64,000 nt of DNA from Armatimonadota bacterium (GTDB lineage Bacteria; Armatimonadota; Zipacnadia; Zipacnadales; UBA11051). The stretch is taken from NCBI GenBank assembly GCA_013178155.1, contig JABLXH010000018.1:2702-66701 (forward strand), in the 5' to 3' direction. Below the pieces are notes generated by a model. The model made no database searches. It was not told the origin of the DNA and was given only the letters and a program-made list of their open reading frames with translations. Made by a program: the position numbers and the translations under genes. Numbering within the stretch: position 1 is the first letter of the stretch; each line of letters begins with the position of its first letter. This document shows positions 10,043 to 20,372 of this stretch, in pieces.

Positions 10043-11349
10043 CAGATCGCCCTCCACCCCCCGCTCTTCATGGGAACCGCCGCCCCCACTCCGAAGGTGC
10101 GCCCGACGACCCGATAGAGCCCGTCCTCAAGGCTCTTCTGTACCTCATCCGCATAGTAGGCGTGCGCGAAGAAGTCTTCGGGCCGCGACCAATCCACCGA
10201 GTGGTCCTTAGGGTAGTCCCGTGGAAGAACCTGGCCTGGCTTCGGCTTGAGGCGATCCCAGAATGGCTCGCGGGCGCGTGCGGTGGCTACACATAGCTCA
10301 GCCACGTCCAGAGGCAGCTCGCGAAACCAGATGATGGCTTGGCCCCCCATCTCAATCAGCGCCCACTGCTGGGGTGTGATCAGGGCACAAAGGCGGTCCC
10401 GAAGCGGGATCCAGCCGCGCATGGGGTCGGCCAGGTCAACGCCCTGAGCCTGCACCTCCGCCACCCGGGCATCGGCGCCGCGCATGGCCCGATCCAGCCA
10501 CATGTGAGCGCCCATGGAGATGCAACCTTCTTCGGGTGGGCCGTCTATCACAGCGGGAAGAGCCGCCGCTACCTGCTGGATGCCGCGCGCAGGATCACCG
10601 CCCGTCATGCGGCCTACCAGCTTCCAGTCGCGGAGGCGCCCATCCACGGCGACCCGGCGGTTCAGGTGCGTGACGCCCCCGTCGGAGGGGTACCGGGCAG
10701 GGCGGAAGTGGTCAAGCACTGTGTCTATGGGCGTCGGTTCGGGGACCTCGAGGGCCTCCGCCGCGTCCTGCGCGGACGCCTCGACGCCGGCGATAGCCTG
10801 CGGCACCTCGGGTCGCTCCCGCGGGGGCATCAGGGCCGGCCAGCAGACAACCGCGCCGTGGGCGTAGCCCCAGTCGTAGCCGTAGGTCTCGAGAAGCTGG
10901 TCAAGTGCCTGCCAGAGAGGGACGTCACGCACCGTGAGTTGAGCCACCCTGTCCGCGCTCTCGCCGCGGACGCCGGCCAGCCAGAGCCGGTTGGTCTGGC
11001 CCATCAGCGCCTTCAGCGCTTCCACGACGGTACCGCTGACTTCGACCGACACGGGTTCCTCTAGCAGCGCGCGAGGGGCAGGCGGCACGTCGCTGGCGGG
11101 GTGGGCGTGCGGGCCACGCTTTGGGATGTCGGTGCGTTCGAGGCAGTAGGAGACCTCAGCATCAGTCATAGGCCTATCGAGGAAGCGTGGCGGCCGTGGC
11201 ATCCACAGAGGCAGCTCTTCCTCACCCACCAGGCCCAGTGTTGGCAGTGTCTGGGCCCCAGCCACGCCCCAGGCGATGAGAAAGATGCCCAAAGTCAATG
11301 TCGCAGGGCAGGCAGAGTGAATGCCGAATAGCCACCTTCGTAGTCTCAC
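10042..11349 (-). CDS. Secreted hypothetical protein (possible STN/secretin-N-like segment)
   Basis: GTG start with GGAGGT RBS; hydrophobic N-terminus; LTVRDVPLWQALDQLLETYGYDW resembles STN domains. Confidence 0.5.
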   Translation of the reverse strand: MRLRRWLFGIHSACPATLTLGIFLIAWGVAGAQTLPTLGLVGEEELPLWMPRPPRFLDRPMTDAEVSYCLERTDIPKRGPHAHPASDVPPAPRALLEEPVSVEVSGTVVEALKALMGQTNRLWLAGVRGESADRVAQLTVRDVPLWQALDQLLETYGYDWGYAHGAVVCWPALMPPRERPEVPQAIAGVEASAQDAAEALEVPEPTPIDTVLDHFRPARYPSDGGVTHLNRRVAVDGRLRDWKLVGRMTGGDPARGIQQVAAALPAVIDGPPEEGCISMGAHMWLDRAMRGADARVAEVQAQGVDLADPMRGWIPLRDRLCALITPQQWALIEMGGQAIIWFRELPLDVAELCVATARAREPFWDRLKPKPGQVLPRDYPKDHSVDWSRPEDFFAHAYYADEVQKSLEDGLYRVVGRTFGVGAAVPMKSGGWRAI

Positions 11350-11454
11350 GAAGATACCTCCTTCCCATTCGCTCACCGAAGCCCTCCCAGGCACGCACCG
11401 GACTTGGGGCCCGCCTGGAAGGGCATACTCGGTGACAGTGCAAGATCACTCACG

Positions 11455-12003
11455 CTATTGGCCTAGTAATATGACCTGCTTGGTGAAAGTACAGTCAGTG
11501 TCATCGGCAGATCCGTGGACCTGGTTTCCGGGGATGCCCATGGGGCCAAGGGCTTGGTCACTCCAGAGTGGAGCGAAGTTGGCCCACAGTTGGTTGCCGG
11601 TGTCATTGAGTGAGCGTAGATACACGGTATAGAGCCTGGACGTGGCCCAATCGTTGGCAGTCCCTGGAGTGATCGAACACTGCCAGGTTCCCGGTACTTC
11701 CTGCGCCGTGACCCAACCTGTAAGCTTTATGGTGTCATCGTGCAAAGAGCTCCCGCCGTATGGTGGAGGTGGAGGCGGGGGAGCGGCGGGTGTGAACGTG
11801 TCCTTGTCGCTGATCGTGTAGTACAAGCTGTCCTCGTCGCTGGGGTACACCCATAGGATCACCGTCGGATAGGCCCTGGCCTGTGTCATGTAGACGTTTA
11901 TCTCTGGCGCGGGGTCCATGGTGACATCGGCGACAGCGACGGCGAGGGGGAAAACGACGAGTAGAGCCCCGACCAAGGCTGTGCCGTTCAGCATTCGCAA
12001 CAT
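11455..12003 (-). CDS. Secreted hypothetical protein with poly-Pro linker
   Basis: Signal peptide ending AVA; PAAPPPPPPP tract; lower-GC codon usage. Confidence 0.55.
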   Translation of the reverse strand: MLRMLNGTALVGALLVVFPLAVAVADVTMDPAPEINVYMTQARAYPTVILWVYPSDEDSLYYTISDKDTFTPAAPPPPPPPYGGSSLHDDTIKLTGWVTAQEVPGTWQCSITPGTANDWATSRLYTVYLRSLNDTGNQLWANFAPLWSDQALGPMGIPGNQVHGSADDTDCTFTKQVILLGQ

Positions 12004-12119
12004 GGATCATCATCATCTCGCTCAAGCAGATGGTGGGCGACCCAACACAGCAGGGTGCGGATCACGACCCATCACGCGGCGGAGAGCGAGAACCTGTCGG
12101 TAACGTGTATGGGGTGGCG

Positions 12120-12185
12120 GGCGATGGCACGGCGATGGCACGGCGATGGCACGGCGATGGCACGGCGATGGCACGGCGATGGCGC
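12120..12185. repeat. 11-bp tandem repeat (GGCGATGGCAC) x6, last copy imperfect
   Basis: Five perfect copies at 12120-12174 plus GGCGATGGCGC; intergenic. Confidence 0.95.
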
Positions 12186-12350
12186 ACGCCGACGGGGGAA
12201 CGGAGGTAACCGGAAACGTAACTCATGCAGCCCATCCCTTCGCCACCAGCTCACGAACGGACCACAGGCGCTGCACTGCGTCACGGCGACACGTAGCTAC
12301 GATACTCCATCGGACCAATGCGTGTCAAGCGCATCTCGACGGCTGAGGGC

Positions 12351-15059
12351 TCACCCGGCGGGAGGCGCGAAGCGCACAAGTCCTGCGCCGGGTACATACC
12401 ACGTCTGGGCGCCCGTGCCACGCCACTCCACCCACGGGTCCGCGCCCTGCTTGCGTACGGAGAGGTTGAAGGGGTAGCGGACCCCCGGCCTGGGGGTGAA
12501 GCCCAGGGCGCTGAAGGGCACCCGGAGTTCGGCCACCCAGCGACTGCTGTCCACCACGCGGGCAGCGTACTGCACCCCCTCGCCGGCCCGCTTCACCACT
12601 TCCGGCGGGGCGCCGGCCTCGTCACTGGAAACGAAGGTACCCGTGGGGAAGCCGCGCAGGACCAGGATCGGGGCCTGCTCTCCCCACGCGGCGTCGCGGA
12701 TGGCAACCTCGACGGCGTCGCTGCTGCCCCAGGCGTCACCGATAGCCATGGGTGTGTCCGGGCTGACCTGGTTGTCGAAGGCCACGTAGAGGGCCTCGTC
12801 GTCCCAGGCGAGCCAGGCGCGGCTTAGAAGCCTCACCTTCTCGCCCTGCACACCCTCCTGCAGCAGCAGACCCTTCGACGGCTGGAGGCCGAACCACTCG
12901 GCGGCTTCCAGTTGGCCGTCAATGCTGATGGCGCCCAAGCGACGGGGGATGTCAAAGACCGGCGGGGGGCCAGCCTTGCGCACCGGCTTGGGCTTCGGCG
13001 CCGGGGGCCTGGGGTCCTTTCGCAGGGTGGAGACGACGGGCCACGAGGCGCGATCGGGACTCTCGTAGAGGCCAATGCGCCGGAAGGGGATGGGCCGGAA
13101 GCCGATCTTGTGAGCCGGGGAATCCGGGGCGAGGCGGAAGCCTGCGGGGGGCTGGACCGTGAGGCGGGGGTCTTCGTCAGTCAGGTTGTCCTCGACCTTG
13201 ACCAGCGGCTGCGCGAGGCCCTCGATCCAGCCCCAGGGGCCGCCCCAGCAGATGTTGCGGGCCACCACATTGCCCTTCGGGGCCAGCGGATCATCCTCGA
13301 GAATGCCCAGTAGCTCGGGGTACTTCACCGACCAGGGGGGCTTGGTGTAGTTGAGGTCATGCAATTCCTGTGTGGCGAACACACCTACCCCCTTGGCCCA
13401 CCCGAGGCCACGGGCGTCAATGCTGAAGGCCCGGCCGCAGTTGAGGAACAGGTTGTTTGTGATCAGGTTGTCCCGCCCGCCGCCGATGAGGATAGCTGTT
13501 GCGACATCGTAGAAGATATTGCTGGAGATGTCGGCCGAGGAGAAGCAGTCATCCAGGTAGACACCCATACAACCGCGGCCCTCGAAGCCGTGGATGTTGT
13601 GCAGGTAGTTGTAGCGGATCTTGTGGCCACGCATGGACCACGTCTCGTCGGGGGGCGAGGTGTAGATGGCGCCGGCGTCGTTGGATTGGAACACCGAGCT
13701 GTGGATCTCGTTGTACTCGATGGTCATGTCGTTGTGCGAGAAGCCGATGGCGATGTGGGGAACGTTGTCAATCAGGTTGTGAGTGGCGCGGTTGCCAACT
13801 CCGTAGAGGGCGATGCCCTGCTGGTAGACCGGATCCCAGCGCGACGTGTGGTGGATGTGGTTGTTGTCGGCATAGTGCCCGGCGGGCGTCAGGGTCTTAC
13901 GGTCGCCGCCCTCAAGGTGGATGCCGCCCTGGCCGGTCTGCGTGATGTCACAGCCGACCACACCGTGCTGCGTGCCGCCATAGACCTTCACGGCCCAGTT
14001 GCCCATGTTGCGGATGGTGCAGCCCACCACGCGCACGTTGCTTCCCCCCCGGATGATGAAGCCCTGGCCCCGTCCGGCTTCCACCGTCAGGCCCCGGAAG
14101 GTGACATGGGAGACGTCGGTCAGGCGGATCAGGTCGCGGACCACTGACACGACCGCCTTGCCCCTGGACAGCGGAGCGGGCGGCCAGAAGTAAAGGATGC
14201 CGGTGTCCCGGTCCAGGTACCACTCACCGGGGCTGTCCAGCTCGGGCAGGACGTTCTCGGCGTAAAACCACTGGCCGGTACGGATGCCGTAGCTGCGCGA
14301 GGTGGCATCGCCCAGGCTGATGGTCCTGGTCTCCGCGTCCACACTGAGCAGCGGCACACGCAGGTCGGCCCAGTCCCAGACCCAGAAGCCGTGGAGCCAG
14401 ATGTCCTTCTCGCTGGCCCAGGTGGCTGGACGCGGGTCCTCGCAGACGAACCTGGTGTTCGGTGTGGTGACGATGGACCCGGCAGGCTGCGGCTTGCCCT
14501 CGGCGTCCAGCGCGGCGGCGATCCGCATGTAGCCGGTGTTGGGGTAACGGGCCAGGGTCATCGGCTGGTCCCGAAAGAACAGCTCCAGACCGGGGTCGGA
14601 CTGGTAGGTCTGGGCACTGTTGATGCCCTGCAGGTCGGTGATGCCCAGGGCCTTCAGGTCGGCCTGGAAGACCTTGCCGCGGGCGAGGGGTGAGAGACGG
14701 CGGAGCACGGCGGGGTCACTGACGAGCCGCCAGCCGGTGACAGTGCGCCCACCCACGAGACGGACCTCCTGGCCCTCACGGGCACGGTACTCGATGGGCG
14801 CCTGCTCCGTCCCGGAGTCGGCTGCCCCGAACTCCAGCGGCTGCTTCAGCTCATACACTCCACCGGCGATCTCGACGGTGACCGGCCCGGTCTTCTGGAG
14901 ACTGCGCACCACGTCGCGAGCGCCCTCCAGCGTGGCGAGCGGCCGCGCCGCGGTACCGGGGTTGGTGTCTCTGCCGTTGGGGGCGACGTAGATGGTGGCG
15001 GCGGAGGCGGCGGATAAGGCACACGCGACGAACAGGCAGAGCAAGAGCGCCGGGTACAT
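12351..15059 (-). CDS. Secreted right-handed beta-helix protein (GH141-like) with C-terminal CBM9/DOMON-like domain
   Basis: IYVAPNGRDTNPGT...PLATLEGAR, LARYPN, ELDSPGEWYLD, DAGAIY, GVYLDD; C-terminal IDGQLEAAEW...LAWDDEALYVAF. Confidence 0.8.
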   Translation of the reverse strand: MYPALLLCLFVACALSAASAATIYVAPNGRDTNPGTAARPLATLEGARDVVRSLQKTGPVTVEIAGGVYELKQPLEFGAADSGTEQAPIEYRAREGQEVRLVGGRTVTGWRLVSDPAVLRRLSPLARGKVFQADLKALGITDLQGINSAQTYQSDPGLELFFRDQPMTLARYPNTGYMRIAAALDAEGKPQPAGSIVTTPNTRFVCEDPRPATWASEKDIWLHGFWVWDWADLRVPLLSVDAETRTISLGDATSRSYGIRTGQWFYAENVLPELDSPGEWYLDRDTGILYFWPPAPLSRGKAVVSVVRDLIRLTDVSHVTFRGLTVEAGRGQGFIIRGGSNVRVVGCTIRNMGNWAVKVYGGTQHGVVGCDITQTGQGGIHLEGGDRKTLTPAGHYADNNHIHHTSRWDPVYQQGIALYGVGNRATHNLIDNVPHIAIGFSHNDMTIEYNEIHSSVFQSNDAGAIYTSPPDETWSMRGHKIRYNYLHNIHGFEGRGCMGVYLDDCFSSADISSNIFYDVATAILIGGGRDNLITNNLFLNCGRAFSIDARGLGWAKGVGVFATQELHDLNYTKPPWSVKYPELLGILEDDPLAPKGNVVARNICWGGPWGWIEGLAQPLVKVEDNLTDEDPRLTVQPPAGFRLAPDSPAHKIGFRPIPFRRIGLYESPDRASWPVVSTLRKDPRPPAPKPKPVRKAGPPPVFDIPRRLGAISIDGQLEAAEWFGLQPSKGLLLQEGVQGEKVRLLSRAWLAWDDEALYVAFDNQVSPDTPMAIGDAWGSSDAVEVAIRDAAWGEQAPILVLRGFPTGTFVSSDEAGAPPEVVKRAGEGVQYAARVVDSSRWVAELRVPFSALGFTPRPGVRYPFNLSVRKQGADPWVEWRGTGAQTWYVPGAGLVRFAPPAG

Positions 15060-15094
15060 GGGAGCACCCCTTTCGCAGATAGCCGTCTTACGCG

Positions 15095-16963
15095 CTACGT
15101 CTCCCGCAGCCACACCCGCATGGCGCCAGGCTCGCGGTTATCCCATGTGCAGTAGGGGATAGCCGTCAGGCGGGCGGGCTGCAAGGTGTCAGGAGTGGCG
15201 GAGTAGAGCTTCCCTTCCCAGTCACCGGGGACTTCCACCAGGCCTTCGGCCTCGATGACGGTCACTCCGCCCAGCAGGTCCGGCGCGTATCGCACGCTGC
15301 ACGTCGCATCTCGTGGCAGAACCACCCGGTGCAACGGCCAGGGATTGTCGGCGGCCTCGAGGCAGTACACCACCGGGCCGCGCTGCAGGGCCACGAGGCC
15401 GGCGTCAGCGCGGACGGCGGGGTGGGCGTAGACGCGCTGCACGGGCATGGGCAGCGTGAGCTCGATGACCTCATCGCCGGTCCACGTCCGGTCGAGGTGG
15501 AGGTAGCCCTGACGTGAGTTCGCCGCGATATCCACCGGCTCGCCGTCCACCGTCAACGTCGCGCCCGCGCACCAGTCCGGTAACCGCAGGTTCAGGGCGA
15601 AGGTGGCAGGTTCTGCCAGGCCGAGGGTCAGACGCACAGCGCCGTCCCAGGGATAGTCCGTCTGCTGCCGCAGAGTCGCGTCCTGTCCGGCCACCCGCAG
15701 CCTGCCCTCTCCCTGAACATACAGGTGCACGAAGACCCCATCATCCCCCAGGGAGTAGACGTAGCCGCCCAGCGACGCCAGCAAGCGGGCGATGTTGGGG
15801 GGGCAGCAGGCGCAGCCAAACCAGTCCTGGCGGTGGTGGTGGCCGGCGCTCTCCAGGGGGTTCTCGTAGAAGAAGCGCTTGCCGTCCAGGGACACACCAC
15901 TGATGGTCCCGTTGTAGAGCGCCCGCTCCATGACATCGGCATAGCGGCTGTCGGCGGTGAGCTGCAGCATGCGGTGGGCCCAGAAGACCAGGCCGATGGC
16001 GGCGCAGGTCTCGCAGTAGGCGGTGTCGTTGGGCAGGTCATAGTCTCTGGTGAAGCCCTCGTTGTGGCGAGTGGAGCCGATGCCGCCCGTCAGGTACATG
16101 TTCTTGAGTGTCAGGTGGTCCCAGAGCCGCTGGCAGGCGCGGAGAAGCCCCTCGTCTCCCGTCTCGCCGGCCACGTCCGCCATACCGCTATAGAGGTACA
16201 TCGCGCGGACGGCATGCCCCGTGACTTCGCTCTGCTCACGGACCGGTAGATGATCCTGACAGTAGGACGTGTCGAAGCTCTCGCCGGGGGCGAACTCGTG
16301 GGCGAACACCGACGGCTTCTGGCCACGCTGGTTGAGAAAGAACTCGCTCAAACGCAGGTAACGCTCCTCGCTGGTGGCGTGGTAGAGCTTGACGAGGGCC
16401 AGCTCGATCTCCTCATGGCCGCAGGTGCCGGAGCGGTGGCCCGGGCCCTCGCCGAAGACCGAGTCGATGTAGTCAGCATAGCGGGTCATCACGTCCAGGA
16501 GCGTGCGCTTGCCGGTGGCCTGATGGTGCGCCACGGCAGCCTCCATAAGATGTCCCGCACAGTAGAGCTCATGATGCACGTGCAGGTTGGCCCAGCGCTG
16601 CTCGGGGGCGACGACCGTGAAGTAGACGTTCAGGTAGCCGTCAGGCTGCTGAGCGCCAGCGATCTTGGCGATGACCTCGTCCAGCAGGGTGTCCAACTCC
16701 GGGTCCGGGTGAGTGGCGAGGGAGTACGAGGCGGCCTCGATCCACTTGGCGACATCAGAGTCCCAGAAGTAGTGTGGCACGGGCTCCATGCCCGGCTTCC
16801 AGGAGAGATCGAAGGCGTCAATCCGCCCCGTCTGCTGGAGCTGGGCATACTCCGCTGGAAGGGTCACGTCGCGGTTGGTGGCCAGGCGCGGCGCCCAGAA
16901 GCTATCGGTGATGCTTACGGCAGTGAAGGGAACGGGGCTGAGGCGGCGGGTCACAGCAGACAT
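15095..16963 (-). CDS. Glycoside hydrolase family 127 (beta-L-arabinofuranosidase-like)
   Basis: FWDSDVAKWIEAA, HELYCAGHL, GHAVRAMY, YCETCA, CACCPPN motifs. Confidence 0.92.
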   Translation of the reverse strand: MSAVTRRLSPVPFTAVSITDSFWAPRLATNRDVTLPAEYAQLQQTGRIDAFDLSWKPGMEPVPHYFWDSDVAKWIEAASYSLATHPDPELDTLLDEVIAKIAGAQQPDGYLNVYFTVVAPEQRWANLHVHHELYCAGHLMEAAVAHHQATGKRTLLDVMTRYADYIDSVFGEGPGHRSGTCGHEEIELALVKLYHATSEERYLRLSEFFLNQRGQKPSVFAHEFAPGESFDTSYCQDHLPVREQSEVTGHAVRAMYLYSGMADVAGETGDEGLLRACQRLWDHLTLKNMYLTGGIGSTRHNEGFTRDYDLPNDTAYCETCAAIGLVFWAHRMLQLTADSRYADVMERALYNGTISGVSLDGKRFFYENPLESAGHHHRQDWFGCACCPPNIARLLASLGGYVYSLGDDGVFVHLYVQGEGRLRVAGQDATLRQQTDYPWDGAVRLTLGLAEPATFALNLRLPDWCAGATLTVDGEPVDIAANSRQGYLHLDRTWTGDEVIELTLPMPVQRVYAHPAVRADAGLVALQRGPVVYCLEAADNPWPLHRVVLPRDATCSVRYAPDLLGGVTVIEAEGLVEVPGDWEGKLYSATPDTLQPARLTAIPYCTWDNREPGAMRVWLRET

Positions 16964-17050
16964 CGTCCTCTCCCTGAGTGATACCTAACGTCTCTTGGCG
17001 CCGTTTTCGCCAAGATTCCCGCCGAACCTGCCTGCAGCCTGTGCTCACCC

Positions 17051-17088
17051 TTGACAGGAAGCGCAGCAGGGTCGTATATGTGTTATAC
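17051..17088 (+). promoter_or_regulatory. Sigma70-like promoter with overlapping palindrome upstream of PadR gene
   Basis: TTGACA (17051-56), TATATG after an 18-nt spacer; inverted repeat GTATA-N5-TATAC (17074-17088), a possible autoregulatory operator. Confidence 0.5.
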
Positions 17089-17120
17089 AGCTATCCAACC
17101 AGCGAGCGAAGTGATACGGA

Positions 17121-17531
17121 ATGCGACGCGGTCCATGTCCTCGGCACAGAGGCCAAGCCGGTCCCTGCTCGTGTGGCCTGGGCAGGATGTCCCGGCTGGT
17201 CGAGCCAGTGCTGCTGGCCCTTCTGGCCGAAGGGCAAGCCACCTACGGCTACGAGCTGGTAGAGCATGCGAACCGCCAGGCTTTGACCGATTCTGAGATT
17301 GACACCGCGGTGGTCTACCGCACTCTGCGAACGCTGGAGGACGCCGGGTGTGTGGTGTCGCAGTGGCAGCCGGGTTCAGGTGGCCCGCACCGCCGGATGT
17401 ACCGCATCACTGACGTGGGGCGCCAGCATCTGAAAGACTGGCTGACGGTACTGGAGCGCCATGCCGAAGCGTTGCAGCGGTTCGTAGTGGGCCGGCGTTC
17501 AGCTTTGGAGGCACAGGGCGAGCTGGACTAG
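17121..17531 (+). CDS. PadR family transcriptional regulator
   Basis: LLALLAEGQATYGYEL, VYRTLRTLEDAG, RRMYRITDVGR. Confidence 0.9.
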   Translation: MRRGPCPRHRGQAGPCSCGLGRMSRLVEPVLLALLAEGQATYGYELVEHANRQALTDSEIDTAVVYRTLRTLEDAGCVVSQWQPGSGGPHRRMYRITDVGRQHLKDWLTVLERHAEALQRFVVGRRSALEAQGELD

Positions 17532-20185
17532 GGCAGCCGCTCCGTGATGGCGACAATCTCGTAGCTGGGGCCGTCGTCTCCTGCCCGCACCACGTCGCCC
17601 ACATGCCTGCCCACCAGCGCCTGACCCAGGGGGGCCTTGTAGGACACGACCTCATGGCCGTACTGGCTGTCGCCCTCTCCCAGCAGCCAGACCGTCTGTT
17701 CCTCGCCTGAGTCCACGTCCCGCAGCCGGATCTCCTTCCCAACGCCGGCAACCCCCGGTGGACGATGGATCTCCTCGATGACGAGAGCGCCTTCCATCTG
17801 CACCGAGAGGGCGTCATAGAGCGCCTTGGTGATGCCCTGGCGCTCGCGCGCGGCATGGTACTCGGCATTCTCGGACAGGTCCCCCAGGGCTCGCGCCTTG
17901 GCGATCTCCCGGGGGATCTCGTCATTGAGCTGGCGCTCCATCTCGCGCAGGCGCTCCGCCTGCAGCTCGAATGTCCTGCGGGTCATCAGCGTCACCCGCG
18001 GGTCCAGCTCTGGCGGAAGCTTCCCGTCATCCACCGGGGCGGCGCGACGGAAGCGGAGGATCTCGTCGGCCAACTGGGCATGCCCGGCTTCCTGCAGCAG
18101 AGCGTGAATGGCCAGTTGCACTTCACCCTCGATAGGCCGCCGTCGGTAGACGTCAAACAGCGCGTCAGTGGCCTCCGGCAGTTCGCGCTCCTTCAGGTGG
18201 GGCATCAGCGGCCCCGTCGCCCGGAGCAGACGGTTGGCGGTGCCGCGGCCCGCATGGCTGCCCTTGGCGCCCACGACCGAGAGGGCTGCGTGCAACAGAT
18301 ACCACGGGTCCACCGGCAACTCGCCCTCTGCCACACCCTCCCGGGTCAGCTCACCAGTGAGTATCAGGTCCGCGAGGGCCATCTTCTCCGCATAGTGGCC
18401 CCCCGCCAGCAGGAGGTCACTGACGTCATCCCAGAAGTGCTCACCACAGCGTTCGCGCAGCGTCTCCAGGCCCCGTCGCTGGACCGGAGCAAAGCGAGAG
18501 GTCAGAGCCTGAAAGGCCGCGTCTTTCCATGCCCTCGTTCGCAATGCCAGTTCCAGCAGCCGCTCCTGGTCCTCAACGGTCCAGCCGAGGGTCAGTGAGG
18601 TCTCGGGAAGGTACTGCTCGATGGCGGCCAGCCATTCACTCTCGCGGTGCGGGTACCAGCGGATGAGCAGCGGGAGAGCCCGCACCCAGTCGGAGCCCTT
18701 GGTGGTGTTGTGGAGCATCATCTCCAGCTCCGGACCGTAGGAAGCCCGGGCCCGGTTCTCAACGTCGGGATGCTGCTGCAGGAGCTTCACGATCAGCGAC
18801 ACGGCCCCCTTGACGCCCTTCCGGGCATCGAGGGTGGGCAGGGGCACCGCGGTCTCGTGGCCCTCCTGGGCCAGGCGGTAGATCTGCTGGAAAGCCCGGG
18901 AGCAGTCAACCCGTTGATCCTCTTCCAGAGCCTTGCGCGCCTTCTTCCACCACCCGGACCAGTCGTCCTCACTGATCAGCCAGTCCACGAGGCGGAGCTT
19001 GATGTCCGCCGTGGAGATCTCGCCACCGTTCTCCGCCAGCAGCCGACAGATGATGTCCGCCGGGCGCTCGGCGGCTTCCGCCTGGAGGGTGCTCAGGTCC
19101 GTGGCGCGCAGGACCTGAAGCGAGTCGGGAGCGAGTGGCGTGAGGACCTTCCGGGCCATCTCCAGGGCCATTCGGTGCCTGGGCTTCTCCGGGAAGTCTA
19201 TCATCAGCTCGCCGTCCTCGCTGTCCCGGATAAGCCCCACACCCCAGGTCCGATGTCCCACATAGGCCCCCGGGCTGAAGGCCACCGCCTGGTGGAAGGC
19301 GTCCAGCGCATCATCCAGTGGTAGTTCGGGGTTGTCCAGGCCTGTACTGTGGATGAGCTCGTCGAGAGTCTCGCTGTAGCGATGGGGCTGAGCCACAGCC
19401 CAGGCCCAGATGGGCCGCAGTGACGTCATTTGGGGCTCCTGGCGCAGAATGTCACCCAGGGTTGCCGCCAGCTGATCCACCATCTGCAGCTCGACGAGGG
19501 TGCCGGTAGCCAGGTCCAGAAGGGTGGTCAGAAGGTCGGACTGGCCGTGGCGAGCCATGCTGCGCATGATGTCCAGCAGACGCTCGTAGACAAGGGGGTC
19601 TCTGGACTCCAGCACGGCCAGAAGGGGATCCTCGGCGTGCTGAGGTTCCTTGAGCAGCACATAGCCCTTCAGCGCCTGCAATGCCAGCTCTACCGCATGG
19701 CCTGGACGGCCCGCGGCCAGTTCGGCCTGACTGCGTTCCCACAGCAAGTCGGGCGAATCGGCGCACTCCTCCCGGGCGACAGCCATGGCTTCGGTGATGT
19801 CCAAACCCCCCTCCTCGCCAGCACGTCGTACCAGGCGAACAAGCCGGTAGTCGCCGCTCAGGGGCATGGCCTGCAGGGCCAGGTCCACAACCCCTTCCCA
19901 GTCGCGCCGGGCCGCCAGATGCTGCGCCAGTTGCAGGTAGAGGTTGGAGGCGGCCTCCGTATCACCCCGAAGCTCGTCCGCGACAGCCCGGGCATACTGG
20001 GCCCGTGGGCTGCCGGGCGTGGCCTGCAGGACCTGGTTGGCAACGGCAGTCAGTTCCTCCAGTTCCTCCGCGGTGGCTTCGTCGAACAGCTCCACGATAG
20101 CCCGGCGGTCTTCGAGCAGAAGCGCGTTGGGCGCCTCGCGCGGTTCAGTCAGCAGAGTGCGCAAGCGGTCGGCTAGTTCGGCCAT
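17528..20185 (-). CDS. greA: Transcription elongation factor GreA/GreB with ~700-aa N-terminal extension
   Basis: C-terminal IAKARALGDLSENAEYHAARERQ and VSYKAPLGQALVG GreA motifs; helical/TPR-like N-terminus; HRTWGVG segment. Confidence 0.8.
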   Translation of the reverse strand: MAELADRLRTLLTEPREAPNALLLEDRRAIVELFDEATAEELEELTAVANQVLQATPGSPRAQYARAVADELRGDTEAASNLYLQLAQHLAARRDWEGVVDLALQAMPLSGDYRLVRLVRRAGEEGGLDITEAMAVAREECADSPDLLWERSQAELAAGRPGHAVELALQALKGYVLLKEPQHAEDPLLAVLESRDPLVYERLLDIMRSMARHGQSDLLTTLLDLATGTLVELQMVDQLAATLGDILRQEPQMTSLRPIWAWAVAQPHRYSETLDELIHSTGLDNPELPLDDALDAFHQAVAFSPGAYVGHRTWGVGLIRDSEDGELMIDFPEKPRHRMALEMARKVLTPLAPDSLQVLRATDLSTLQAEAAERPADIICRLLAENGGEISTADIKLRLVDWLISEDDWSGWWKKARKALEEDQRVDCSRAFQQIYRLAQEGHETAVPLPTLDARKGVKGAVSLIVKLLQQHPDVENRARASYGPELEMMLHNTTKGSDWVRALPLLIRWYPHRESEWLAAIEQYLPETSLTLGWTVEDQERLLELALRTRAWKDAAFQALTSRFAPVQRRGLETLRERCGEHFWDDVSDLLLAGGHYAEKMALADLILTGELTREGVAEGELPVDPWYLLHAALSVVGAKGSHAGRGTANRLLRATGPLMPHLKERELPEATDALFDVYRRRPIEGEVQLAIHALLQEAGHAQLADEILRFRRAAPVDDGKLPPELDPRVTLMTRRTFELQAERLREMERQLNDEIPREIAKARALGDLSENAEYHAARERQGITKALYDALSVQMEGALVIEEIHRPPGVAGVGKEIRLRDVDSGEEQTVWLLGEGDSQYGHEVVSYKAPLGQALVGRHVGDVVRAGDDGPSYEIVAITERLP

Positions 20186-20372
20186 CAGGGACTCCTTGGC
20201 GGCAGGCACAAAACAAGGTACGACCGGCGGCGAGCCTGCCGTAGACCCCTGGGTTCGCCGCGCCCACCCCCGACCCCTTCTGCAACCGTGTCGAACCGGG
20301 ACACAGCCCAGGCAGGCGACGGCCCGCCCGGTAGCGAAACCTGCCTCCACCCTGACTGCACACCAACTCACC

